NCBI RefSeq assembly: GCF_000143415.4
Contig: NW_003314276.1
Span: 2,293,072-2,357,071 of the forward strand
Source: Selaginella moellendorffii
Taxonomy: Eukaryota; Plantae; Lycopodiophyta
Direction: 5' to 3'
Length of the DNA stretch: 64,000 nt
The notes under the pieces are model-generated. The model had not been told where the DNA came from and made no database searches. It saw only the letters and a list, made by a program, of their open reading frames with translations. Shown piece by piece: positions 26,541 to 37,820 of the stretch. Every line of letters starts with the position of its first letter. The stretch's first letter is position 1. Position numbers and translations under genes: made by a program.

Positions 26541-26653
26541 CTTGCAGCATTGTTCTAATGGAGCCCTCTTTCAAAAATTCATAAATCAAGCGCGGGAATT
26601 TCAAATTAATAGGGTTTACTTTTAGGGTTCTTCGCGAGGTCTTGGAAATGTGA
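26541..26653. promoter_or_regulatory. 113-bp spacer, probable bidirectional promoter with E2F/CHR-like motif and telo-box-like motifs
   Basis: Lies between head-to-head PPR ORFs. Contains gcgcgggaatttcaaa at 26590-26605 and tagggttt/tagggtt at ~26610-26629. Confidence 0.55.
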
Positions 26654-28435
26654 ATGAGAAGGAGATGTGCGCTCTGTGCAAGGTCGGGCTGCCAGGTTAG
26701 TGCCGCAGTGGGCTTCCGCTTTGCCCAGATTCAGGGGATTTCTGCCCCTTCCCAGCACCAGGACGCTCTCACGATCTATCTCAGTGCTTTGAGAGGCTGT
26801 GGCGGAGCCAGGGATTTGGATTCTGGAAGGATGATCCACGCTGATGCCGTGCAAGCCGGCGATGATTCCAACGTTTTCTTGGCGAACACTTTGATCAGCA
26901 TGTATGGGAAATGCGGGAGTATGGCCGATGCTTACAGGGTGTTCCAAGGCATGGATCGTCTAGACGTGGTTTCCTGGTCGGCTCTGGTATTGGGTTTTGC
27001 CGAGAATGGCGAGGAAGAACAAGCGCTGGATCTTTTCTCGCAAATGGAGGAGTGGACGCCCAACTCTCAGACTTTTGTAGCTGCTGTCAAGGCGTGCTCG
27101 AATCTGGCAGTCAAAGAATCCGGCAAGCTTGTCACCAGCAGGCCTGTGAAGATCGAGTCGCTGAAAAGAGGCATGGAAGTCCATTCGCGAGCCGCGAGAA
27201 GGGGCTACGTCCAAGACGATATCTTTGTAGCTGGAGCGCTGGTGGATTTCTACGCAAACTGTGGAAGCGTGCTGGATTCCAGGATGGTCTTGGATAGAAC
27301 ACGGTGTCACAACGCGGTGCTGTGGAATGCATTGGTTCTCGGGCTGGCGGAGAACGGGGAAGCCGAGCTAGCTCTGGAAGTTTTCTCGGCAATGCCGGGC
27401 TCTCTGGTGAACGCTCGAAGTTTTGTTGCTGCGCTCAAAGCCATGAGTTCCATAGCTGCGAAGCAAGTTGGCAAGGAAAAGATGGCGTGCCTAGAGAAGA
27501 GTCGGGAACTCCACGCTCGAGCAGCAAAGCTTGGCTACGAGTCGGATATTTTTCTCGCAAACACTCTGGTGGATTTGTATGCCAAGTGTGGGAGCACGAG
27601 TGATGCTCGGGATGTTTTCGACAGGATGACGAGCCGGAGTGTGGTTTCTTGGGGGGCACTGGTTCTGGGATACGTCGAGACTGGGAACGCGACGCTGGCT
27701 CTCAAAACGTTGTCACGCATGCAAGACGAGGGATTTACACCTTCGGCACTAGTTTTCGTGGCAGCGCTCAAGGCCTGCTGTGGAGTAACGTTGGAGCTCG
27801 GGAGAACGATCCATGGAAGCATTTGCAAAGGCGGGCTCGAGCAGGACTCGCTCGTCACCACCTCACTCATCGACTTATACAGCAAGTGTGGAAGCATGGA
27901 CGACGCTCAGCGAGTTTTTGACGGCATCGCGGAGAGAGACCTGGTTTGCTGGAACGCTCTCTCGACGGGATATAGCCGCCAGGGATTCACCACCCAGGTT
28001 TTCGAGCTCTTTTCTCAGATGCTGGAAGAAGGCTTGCAACCAAACTCCGTGACTTTCCTCGCTGTTCTTACGGCCTGCAACCATGGTGGGCTCGTCAGCA
28101 AAGGAAGGAGCTACTTTGACGCCATGTCGAGCTCCAGGTTTGGGATTACTCCCGGGATTGAGCATTACCACTCCGTGATCGATATTCTGGGCCGAGCAAA
28201 CCTGCTGGAAGAGGCAGTGGCGATGGTGACGTGCATGCCTCACAAGCCCAATGCAGTAACTTGGAGAACAGTGATGAGCGCGTGTCACAAGTGGAAGAAC
28301 GAGGCAGTGGCAAGGCTTGCGTTTGATGCCATCGTGGAGATGGACGAGAGCGACGCTGCAAGCTACATGCTGATGGCCAATTCGCTCTATGAAAATCGTG
28401 ACAAAGTTCCACTAGAACGGAGAACCGTGAGTTAG
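26654..28435 (+). CDS. PLS-class pentatricopeptide repeat protein (E-type, no DYW)
   Basis: P-L-S triplets (LISMYGKCGS, VVSWSALV, TFVAAVKAC), EHYHSVIDILGRA and SYMLMAN. The true start may be downstream. Confidence 0.94.
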   Translation: MRRRCALCARSGCQVSAAVGFRFAQIQGISAPSQHQDALTIYLSALRGCGGARDLDSGRMIHADAVQAGDDSNVFLANTLISMYGKCGSMADAYRVFQGMDRLDVVSWSALVLGFAENGEEEQALDLFSQMEEWTPNSQTFVAAVKACSNLAVKESGKLVTSRPVKIESLKRGMEVHSRAARRGYVQDDIFVAGALVDFYANCGSVLDSRMVLDRTRCHNAVLWNALVLGLAENGEAELALEVFSAMPGSLVNARSFVAALKAMSSIAAKQVGKEKMACLEKSRELHARAAKLGYESDIFLANTLVDLYAKCGSTSDARDVFDRMTSRSVVSWGALVLGYVETGNATLALKTLSRMQDEGFTPSALVFVAALKACCGVTLELGRTIHGSICKGGLEQDSLVTTSLIDLYSKCGSMDDAQRVFDGIAERDLVCWNALSTGYSRQGFTTQVFELFSQMLEEGLQPNSVTFLAVLTACNHGGLVSKGRSYFDAMSSSRFGITPGIEHYHSVIDILGRANLLEEAVAMVTCMPHKPNAVTWRTVMSACHKWKNEAVARLAFDAIVEMDESDAASYMLMANSLYENRDKVPLERRTVS

Positions 28436-29092
28436 CAGCTTACCGGGGATGGATCATTCATATCGATGATGGTTTCCAGGTAAGTTTTTCCTCGTTAGAG
28501 TTTGCATCTTGTTTGTGCTCACGCTTTTAAACATTCTTTAATGTTTTTCAGGCGATCATGAAAGACGTGTAGCAATTTCGCTGGTGCGCCGGACAGGATA
28601 TTTTGGAAAGACGCAGTCAACAAGCACAAAGACATGGTACGATAATGGTTTCAAATCGTCCTTTTTATCTGAGGTGCGCACTGCTCGATCAGGCATGGGT
28701 CCCGAATGGAAGATCTGGTGCTCATACACGCAGTCACAAAAATTGGCTCCAGCGGCGTGTGCTTAGAAATTCCGAGAAGGAGAGGGGCCCGTCCGGCAAG
28801 AAAATTCTTCTGGAAAGATCAAGGCATGGATTTTGGTGGGATTTTCGCTTTTCATCAGCAGCGGCCGTGGACTTGAAGGAAGATCTTCCACCAGCGGAAA
28901 AGAAGGAAAGGAGAAAAATCAACCAATCAATCATCCTGGTGGGTATTTAGCCGAGGAGGTGCGGTGATCGGTGCTCTAAGACAGCCGTAGTCTTGAGAAG
29001 CAAGTACACAGGACTGAGGAGGAGAGGACTCTCCTGTTTTATCTTCCGGAAGGAGAAGTAGCTCTTCTTCTTCCTCGTATGGACACAGGGAT

Positions 29093-29881
29093 ATGGGATC
29101 TCCGGTGATGGTTTCTTCGTGGCTGATTTTTCTGGTTCTAGCTGCTATTTATCACAGCCATGGTGAGTTCCAGCGCCTTGGAGGCGACGAGAAACCACAT
29201 GTCAAGTTTGATGGATCTCCGGTGGCTCCCGAGCTCGATGATTCTTCGTCCAAGAGATCAAATGCAACTAGTCTGGCTTCCAGGGGCAATGGTGGCGTCA
29301 ATGTGCTAGCAGCTATGCTCGTCACGGCTTCCTCGGTCATGGTTTTCATGGCGTTTCGTCTCTCGGTATGCCGCCACTGCACTGGCTCGTCGCCAAACTC
29401 GAACGATCAGCTGGACAACGCTTTTGAGACTTCGGTAGAGGATGGCCAGGAGGCTGTGGAGACAATGACGACAGATCTACGTGAAGGAAGTGATCGTCGT
29501 CTCAAGAAAGAAGATCTCGGTTTGGGTCTCGACTCGATCGAGAAGTTTACAGTGCTGATGGACTACCAAAAGTTGATGGCGGAGAGGAAGATGGGCAATG
29601 CGGACAAGTGTAGCGTCTGCTTGTGCGAGTTTAAAGCCATCACCGGCGAGGAGGTCCGACTTCTTCCTTGGTGCAACCATTTCTTCCATCCCGACTGCAT
29701 CGACCTTTGGCTCGTCTCGCACAAGTCGTGTCCGGTTTGTCGGGGGAGTGTGATCCCGCCTGGCAGCAGTTCCACTGGGACGATCCCTTCCAGGAACTTT
29801 GGAGTGGAACCGGAATCTCCGACGCTCGAAAATGGTGGTGGACAACACTTGGTGCTTCAAGTTGACAGAAATGTGGCTTGA
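29093..29881 (+). CDS. ATL-family RING-H2 E3 ubiquitin ligase
   Basis: Hydrophobic TM segment, GLD motif (GLDSIEKF) and RING-H2 CSVCLCEF...[17 protein letters not shown]...CPVCR. Intronless. Confidence 0.95.
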   Translation: MGSPVMVSSWLIFLVLAAIYHSHGEFQRLGGDEKPHVKFDGSPVAPELDDSSSKRSNATSLASRGNGGVNVLAAMLVTASSVMVFMAFRLSVCRHCTGSSPNSNDQLDNAFETSVEDGQEAVETMTTDLREGSDRRLKKEDLGLGLDSIEKFTVLMDYQKLMAERKMGNADKCSVCLCEFKAITGEEVRLLPWCNHFFHPDCIDLWLVSHKSCPVCRGSVIPPGSSSTGTIPSRNFGVEPESPTLENGGGQHLVLQVDRNVA

Positions 29882-30345
29882 TTTCAAGTCGACATGTGGT
29901 TGCTGCCACGGAACAAAGAGGTAAAATGAATATTTCGTGCCTGGAATCTTGACTGACGTTTTTTTTCTCTTCTTTGTTTCTTATCGTCTTTGTTCCTTGG
30001 CATGGCAGCTCCCAGTTCTCTTAAAAAGTCCGCATTCCACTCGCGACTCGAGGTATGCTAACAGGTGTACTCTTTCTACTTGTGAAGCAACGCTTAAAAT
30101 TGCGTTTGCCTCTACCTTTTTGTAGTGGAGAACCTCGGAAGCTATGATTTTCGAGGACTGTTCCAAGAAGAATATGAGTTCCATATCCTCCACTATGAAG
30201 CAAATGGCCTCAGTTGCTCAGTACACAAGGATTAGCATAACGGGCACGCCCTATACTTTCGTCGCTTAAAAGCTTGAGGTTCGAGGAGAGTGCCAAAGTG
30301 ATGAATCTATGAAGAAAGAGGCTAATTGAGCAGCAACCCACACCA

Positions 30346-31438
30346 ATGGCGGCGACCAAATTGTGGCTTCCAGCTCCAGCTCCAGCTTTCGGATTCTTCT
30401 ACTCATCACTGGTACGTTTTCGTCTTTCGTCTTTGCTGGCAAGGGATGGAGTGGACTTTTTCTGTTTCATCTTTTTCTACTCTTTTCACTGTGTGTTTTA
30501 GCGACAGAGAAGAAATGTCTTCATCATGCGAGCAGCCGATGGGAAGGTTCGAAATGCAAAGCTTGCTGCGAAGCGGTGTTTGACGGTCCCGTTCCAAGAT
30601 TCGTCCAGGCTCAATCAGTTTCTCTCGGAGCCCGCTGGAATGCAAATACTCATCAACACTAATGCTTTACAAAGCTATCAGAAACTCGACGACACCACCT
30701 ACAGGTTTGCTATCCATATTCATGAATAGCTCTCAAGTTGTTTTTGTTCTTTTTGTTTTCTCGATCAGATGCTGCTTGCCAAAGCTCGACATTCTCAAGT
30801 TCGAGGTTGCTCCGATCGTGGATTTGTCCATCGACGTTAAGGACGACGAGTGCTTGGTTAAGCTTCTCTCTTGCAAAGTTGAGGCCAAAGTTTTTTTTCT
30901 TTTTTCTTTTCGTTTCTCTTCGCAAGTTTGGGCCTGACATTTGTGAATTTGTTTTGTCTAGTTTGAAGGCTCGGAGCTTGTTGAGAAGCAGAACCAGCAT
31001 TTCTCAGGTTTGTATGCGTAGCTACTAGCTCCTATGGACTGAAGGAAAGTTTGTCTTTATGTGTGGGTTTTTGCAGCTTCGATGATCAACCATTTAACTT
31101 GGGGCTTGGAAAAGCAGCTGAATGTCAATGTAGAGCTTAATGTGTCTCTCGAGGTGCGCTTGATGATATTCTCCATTGATCTAACTCTCTGTGTTTCTTT
31201 CAGGTGTATACGCTGCCCTTCACGCTTCTTCCATTGCAAGCCGTGGAAACTCCCGGTAGCATGTAAGCTATCCTCTTCTCATGCAAAGATTTCAGACTAA
31301 ATCTACGTGTCTGTGATTTTTTCCAGAGTTCTTCAGGCCATGGTGGACAGACTTGTTCCCATTTTCCTGGACCAACTTTTCGATGGTTACAGGAAATGGT
31401 GCTTGCAAGAGGTTCTCCAGCCCGAGCCAAGCCAATAA
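30346..31438 (+). CDS. DUF1997-family (SRPBCC-like) protein, probably plastid-targeted, ~7 exons
   Basis: The spliced reading gives INTNALQSYQKLDDTTYR/CCLPKLDILKFEVAPIVDL...LLSCK/FEGSELVEKQNQHFS/ASMINHLTW.../VYTLPFTLLPLQAVETPG/VLQAMVDRLVPIFLDQL. Introns are short GT-AG type. Confidence 0.82.
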
Positions 31439-31479
31439 CAAAGAAAGAATCGTTCCACCAAAACAAAAGATAATAAAAG

Positions 31480-31960
31480 GTGATGCTCTTTGGTGAATGT
31501 AGTGATATTCCATTGAGCTCTGCATTTCTCGGGAATCATGTCTTAGATCTGGAGAGAGCAGTGGTGCGAATCTCCAGCCAGGAGAGCTACCCAATTGCGT
31601 CCGATTACGCCCCTCTCCTCCACGAGGCCAGGTCCGTCTTCGACAAGACGGAGAGGAATCTCTTCTTGTCTCGCGCTTGCAGTGTACAGGGAGATGCTCC
31701 CCAGATCCATCCAGCCGATCGACAGCACCACGTCTGCTCGGCGCTGGGCGGATTGCCATGTACTCCATAAGCTCAAGAGTGCTTTCTTTGCAAAGATATC
31801 GTCGTCGTCGTATGATCTCTTTTATGCCCAGCACGGGCATAGCAAGCAGGCACTCTCGCTCTTTAGTTCCACCGATGCTGTGACGCTTGCAAGCCTCGGC
31901 GTGCAGCCACTTGGGACACGTGAAGCACACTTCCTGTCGAGTGTGCACAACTTTGGCGAG
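31480..31960 (+). pseudogene. PPR pseudogene fragment
   Basis: FLGNHVLDL, LLHEARSVFDKTERNLF and YAQHGHSKQALSLF occur in different frames. Confidence 0.75.
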
Positions 31961-31999
31961 CGGCCAACTTTGTGGTGATCTCCGATATGGATATCCGGC

Positions 32000-32600
32000 C
32001 ACCAGGTTCCCGTCCAAAGTGTACACTAATTGCTATCCCAGCAATCCCCAAAAAGAGCCGCGGATTGCATCGGCCCCAACATTGGTTTTTCGGTCCAGCA
32101 TCTTCTCGGACTAGTGCAAGACCAAACTTGCAAACTTATAGTCATCAAAGTAAGCAGGGAAATATGCCTGGGTCTGCAATTCATTCACAAGGGAGCTGAT
32201 CTTGTTGCTTTCATGGGCCCAGACGTAACGTTCGAAAGTTATAGATCTCATGCCGTGTGCGAGACATAGATCGCACACCGGGGACGTGAGATTTTCATAA
32301 CACCATAGAATCTTGCAAATCGGCATGGTGTATAAGCATCCCTCGTCTGGCTTTGAATGTGAGGCACCAGAGCAAGGGAATGCCTAGCAGCAAAAGTGGA
32401 AATTAAAGCATTTGTAGCTGGGTATAAAGCTGGATTGAGGATCAGTCGATCTACCTCAAATCATTAGCACTTGCTAATGGAGCCCTCGTTACTCTGATTG
32501 TTGGTGTATTTCAGAGACAGAGGCAGTATCTGTACACTTGGAGTTAGACAACTGGGAAGTACTGGTCTTTCTGGGCTCCAAGAGAGATATGTGAGCCTTA
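32000..32600 (+). pseudogene. Fragment of an unidentified lineage-specific gene family
   Basis: FMGPDVTFESY and ggagttagacaact segments recur in inverted orientation at 34.3-35.3 kb. Confidence 0.5.
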
Positions 32601-33759
32601 AGGCAGAAAAAACTCTCTCTCAATTGAATCTATCTGGCAGTGTATATTCTTAGAATATTCATTATTTTTCTGAGGATATTATTGGCCCAACCCTAATTTT
32701 GATCAATGATCCAAAACTTCAAAATAGTGCTGTTTTTTTGGCAAACACTGGTGACAATTTTTCAAAGGTAAACACAATTTGAAAGTGCCCTAGTGCTGAA
32801 AAACACCATTTGGTAATTGAACAATTAAGAGAAGATTCCCTATGAGGTAATTAATCATTCATCTGTACCACAATTCTATTGTGCATTTATGGATGAAGAA
32901 TGCACTTATGGATGTTTAATAAATATGATTTTACTTTATATTCATGCCATTTGCTCTAATACTACATGTAATACATCATATCTTTCTCCTATTAGCCCAA
33001 TTGAAAAAAGGGTCGTTATTTGATGAAAAAACTCTTAATGGCTATTTTATCACAATTTATTCTCAAGGTTCTAAACATTTTTAGTGAGAGTATATTCAAA
33101 TCTCATTTTATAATCATATATACTACACTTTGCTTATAGTGATATTCATATTTTTGTGGCAAAAAGCTTTATAAATCTTAGTTTATAATATCATGACCAA
33201 CTTTGGAGAGACTTAGTGTTTAAGCTTGAATAACTCATTTGATTAAATTACGTGATCTAATTGAAACTTAATAGAAAGTATAAATGATAATGAATGCTAA
33301 CATGGTAAATGTTCTTTTAAATAAGGGGTTTCCATAAAGGTTTTAGCATAGACTCTATAAACATCATAATCATGCAAAATGAGCAGAGAAATTCTATGTT
33401 ACAGTGCAATAAAATGTGTGGTGTGTACAAGAGAACTCTACCATGGAAGGTTGGTTGACTTAGTTCTGATTTGCAACATGGAGGCCCACGTGGGAAAAAG
33501 GAATGGATGATGTGGGGAGACAGTATGAACTAAAAAGAATTCCTAAGTATAAAAGCCTCTCTATGGTATTGCTATGATCCCTCATGCATGTTTGTCCTCG
33601 TGGCTCTGGCACACCACCTTTTGTAGGATCTCCAGCTCCTAGTAGAGGTTGCCAGTGCTGGCAAATAGCACTCCATCTGCGTCAGCCTTGCTACCAGCTT
33701 GAGCATGCCTCACTGCGCAGCCAGATCATCTCCTCGGTGCTCAGGGATAAAGATCTTTG

Positions 33760-35330
33760 CCTTGGTCACCCTGCCACTACCACACTGCTTTCGATTTTTT
33801 TGCTATTGAGGCTACTTCCCAATCCTATCCCAAACAGCAATCTAGTGATGATGCCTTGAATCATCCTCATACTTCCACATTTTAGGCACACAGCTAGGGC
33901 TTTGCATTGAGCAGACAAAGAACATGTTTTCATACTTACAGATTTCTTTGGCTTGGCCATGCTGTCTTGCCACATCATCAATTCCTTTTTGCCACATGAG
34001 CCTCTATGTTGCAAATCAGAACGAGTTTTAACATGAGGCGTTATTGTGCTTGGTTGAGCACTCCATCTGCACAAGTAGTAATAGGAGTAATGTGTTCCTG
34101 CTCCCTTTTCGGGTTTGTCCTTGGATATCCATAAGTATGAAATGGATTTGGATTAGCTCTCTCATGCAGCCTGCACATATTCCTAACTGAGCTCTTCTGA
34201 GTTTCATACATGCCACACATCTTTGTTTTGCCTTAAGGCTCACATATCTCAGTGGCCACACCAGCTTGACCATCTGGAGGGAATGACAAATTAACTGTTG
34301 TGAAAGCAGTGTGAGAGTTATCCAGAAAAACAAGTACTTCTTAGTTGTCTAACTCCATCTGTATGGGTGCTGGAAGTGCCCTCTAAGGCTGCATTAGCAA
34401 CTGCATTAATGGTTTGAGCTAGATCAGTGATCATCACTCCTGCTTGTAAAGATTCATAAAGTAATTTCTTCTTCTTACTCTGACAGACGGTTTAGGAGCA
34501 GACAATGTTGGATATGCATTGGCTTGATATAGATCACTGTCCACCACCTTAAAATACTGATGAACAAATTTGTGATTTGGTGAAGCAAACAAAATCTCCC
34601 TGAACCAAAGCTGCCTGCCTCACCCACATGGAAGCCAAATCCAGCTTTATACTCTTCTATTTCCACTTGCCCCTAGGTATTCCCTTCCCCTGACGCATTG
34701 CATTCAAAGCCAGAGGAGACAGAAAGGCTATGTGATTTCATGCCACAAAGAGACATTGTCTCCTAGGAAGCTTGATGGTTATATACACCATAGAAATTTG
34801 TATAAAGCCCAAGAACTTGAAGATTCTATGCAGACAGATTTCTACACGTGTGGACTTCAATGCCTGTAGCATATGCGGCATCTGGAGTTTTTGCTCGTAC
34901 ACCAGTCTCTTGGGACACAAGACCTTATGACCATCATAGCTTTCAAAAATTATGTCTGGACCCATGAACTCTCTTGAATTCATGCAGTGCACTAAATCCA
35001 TCATGCGAGGTTATTGTGCTTGGTTGAGTTTAACAACCAAAGCCACAAGCCTGTGAGAACTCGTATTGCTCCTCTCTCCAATTAGTTCTCTCCTCTACTC
35101 TGTTTTTTGGTGAAGTGGCTTTTGATTTGTCTTTGGGGGCTATGCAATTTAAGGGTTCTTTTATCCGGCAATCTGTCTGTACATTATTAATCACTTCTAT
35201 TAAACATAAAATGTTAATGTCCATGGCAGTGACAGATCTTTGAGTCAAGATGACAATTAACTTCTGTGTGGACAATGTGAATTTATCCAGAAAGACACTG
35301 GAAGTTGTCTAACTCCACGTGCTGGTAGTA
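33760..35330 (-). pseudogene. Decayed member of the same unidentified family with an internal duplication
   Basis: Two related units contain caaccaagcacaataa (QPSTI) at ~34040 and ~35010, and ggagttagacaact at ~34345 and ~35305. Confidence 0.5.
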
Positions 35331-36169
35331 CTAGTGGTGAAGTGATTCTCAGAATCTGAAATCCTATTGGTCAGGCTGTTTAGTTGTCGATTTAATCTCA
35401 CAGGCGGTCGTCGCGGACGGCTCTGATACGGTACTTTAGTGAAACTAGTGCTGAAAAACATGATCAGAGCGAGCCAGGAAGAAAGTATCCCCTGGTTCGT
35501 CATCAGTATAGGAAGCAAAAGAAATGTTTTCCCTTAGTTAGCTACTGCTCCTGTACTTGTACTGCTCGATCATGCCTCGCGTCAATCCTGTTAGATCGTC
35601 CAGGGTAGCACCTGCATGCATCCGGCATTGCCGCCCCGCCGCAACCCAATCGCCGCCGCCCGTCGGCCCATATGCATCGCATCCAGTCGAATGAGTTGCT
35701 GGAGGTACTTGCAAAGGGATTCCGGGTTGATCCAGATTCTTTGATCTGCGACGCGCCCACGGCCCCGGATCAAGATCGCACTATCAAGAACGTGCGACGC
35801 AGGCCTTCGGCACGCAAGGGAAAACCTTCAGCTTCTCCATGGACGGCACCAGCTCGCCATCTCTCAAGCTGATCTCGCCCATGGATTGAGTTGACCATCC
35901 AGAGCTACCCGCAGCAGCTGATGATCCGGCCGCATTGACATTCCCCCGGTAGCTTCAGCAGCGTCGTGGGGGCTAAGAACAAAGCGACGTCGTCTAGCAC
36001 CGCCATCACCAGCGGTGGCAGCGCAAAGCCCTGAATTTACAGAGGCGTCTTCATCATCGGCTGCTGTATCCAAGAATCAAGATGAGGAACCGAGGAGCTC
36101 GGGCTCTTCAAGCGATGGTGAGCGATGGTGATCATCCAATGATCGCCGTGGAGACCACTCGGTCTAAGA

Positions 36170-37820
36170 CCAAGCGACCTCCAAGTGGCAGATCGAGCTC
36201 CAACATCATCAAAAGTTCTAGTTGTCCAGGCAAGAAGAAACGAGCAGGAAGAGGAAGCCGCCAGACATGTGCTGGGAGATACACTAAAAAGACACGTTGG
36301 AATCTCGTTTTATAAGCGAATCCAGCGGTGTGAGATTTACCTTTTCTTCAAAAGGAAGATTTTAGATTTGTCACCGTTTTCTTGGTGATGGAAAACAAGG
36401 AAACGTATCTAGGTTCCTGCAGCACCGAGGAAGCCGGAGCCAGGTTAGTTTGCTATTCTTTTTTTTTTTTCTTTTTCTTTTCTAAAATGTTTATCCTGTG
36501 CAGAATCTATGACCGAGATTACATCAAGTTCCGTGGCCAAAACTGCCCAAACTTCCCCTACTCGGACTACACTGATAAGATCCCCCATATAAACATTTCC
36601 ACCAAAGTTCTTTGGAAAGCTAACACTTCCATTTTCTCTGCAGCGGCTCAATCTGTCTGACAAAGTACATGCTACGTAACATGAGTCCCGGCGAGTCATT
36701 CCTCTGGTTTACACCTGAACTTCTTGGAGATGACGTTGGCTCTCCATGCACGAGGCAGACTTGGCCTCGAGCTTCAAACTATTGCGGAGTCTATCGTCTC
36801 AAAAGGTCAGAAAGTCCTTTGAAGGTAACTAGTAAGCCTTCCTCTAAACCTGACCATCTAGGATGTGAAATACAACGTTGCCTGATCTGAAGGCAACAAT
36901 ATAATCCAGAGCCAACACTCAATCTTTTGATTCCAACACTCTGGTTTTTATGTCTTTTCTCTGCTGGTTTGCTTCGAGTGTCTCTTGTCAAGATGGCGCT
37001 TCGGGACCAGCTAGTGCCGTGGAATTAAAGTTCCAGGCTTACGGCGAGGAGGCCACGCTCGGGTGCTGATTGCGGCCCAGCATGGCGTCACCGTGTGGCA
37101 GCCAGCGCCCCGACGCGCGACGAGATCGAGGAGTTCTTCGTGGGAGTGGAGGAGAAGGATGACAGCAGCAAGCGTTTTGTAGACAACTAAGCACGCTCTC
37201 CCTTTTCTGTTGCCTGGCTGCCGCTCTTACTTGGTTTGTTTCTCTGATGCTTACTTGGTTTTTTTCTGTTTACGTGTTCGGTTGTGCTTGACGTGCGTGC
37301 TTGCTCTCCGCAACGCAGGTTACAATTTTGATGTTTTCAATGTTCCCCTGTCTGGTCGTTTCGAATGGGTACATTTCCACCCTCGTTGCTCCTAAATTAT
37401 TCGCACGCTACTCGCTACGATGCGCTGCTGCAAGAGGAAAACTGGAGAAAAGGAAAGAGCAGGAAAAAAAAACCGTCTTGTTAGACTAGAGAGAGAGAGA
37501 GAGAGCTCCTAGAGAAGACCATGCATTGACACAGTCATGTAACAGACTAATGCCGTCATGATGTATAGAAAAGAGATGAGAAGTAAGGCAAGCAAGAAAA
37601 AGAGATGTCATACTCATACCTTCCTTTGAGCCTTTGAGCCAGTTGATTCTTTGCCATCATTGTTTTGTTTTTCTTCTCCTCTGGACTCTCATACGATTCG
37701 ACTGGGTGAGTCTTTCATTATACGTTCCAAGAGATGAACTTCGATATTTTGCTTGCTTGTTTTGTTTTTGTTTTGCATTTCCAGGGTCATGTAAGACACA
37801 AGAGGAGGCAGCAAGGTTCA
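36170..37820 (+). pseudogene. Double-AP2-domain transcription factor pseudogene, copy 1
   Basis: Exonic pieces KETYLGSCSTEEAGAR/IYDRDYIKFRGQNCPNFPYSDY, RASNYCGVYRLK and GSCKTQEEAAR match AP2 repeats 1 and 2. Frames are disrupted. Confidence 0.7.
37100..37395 (+). pseudogene. KRP/ICK cyclin-dependent kinase inhibitor C-terminal fragment
   Basis: PTRDEIEEFFVGVEEK...KRFVD / YNFDVFNVPLSGRFEWV. The splice donor is mutated (ctaag at 37187) and there is an apparent 1-nt frameshift. Confidence 0.8.
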
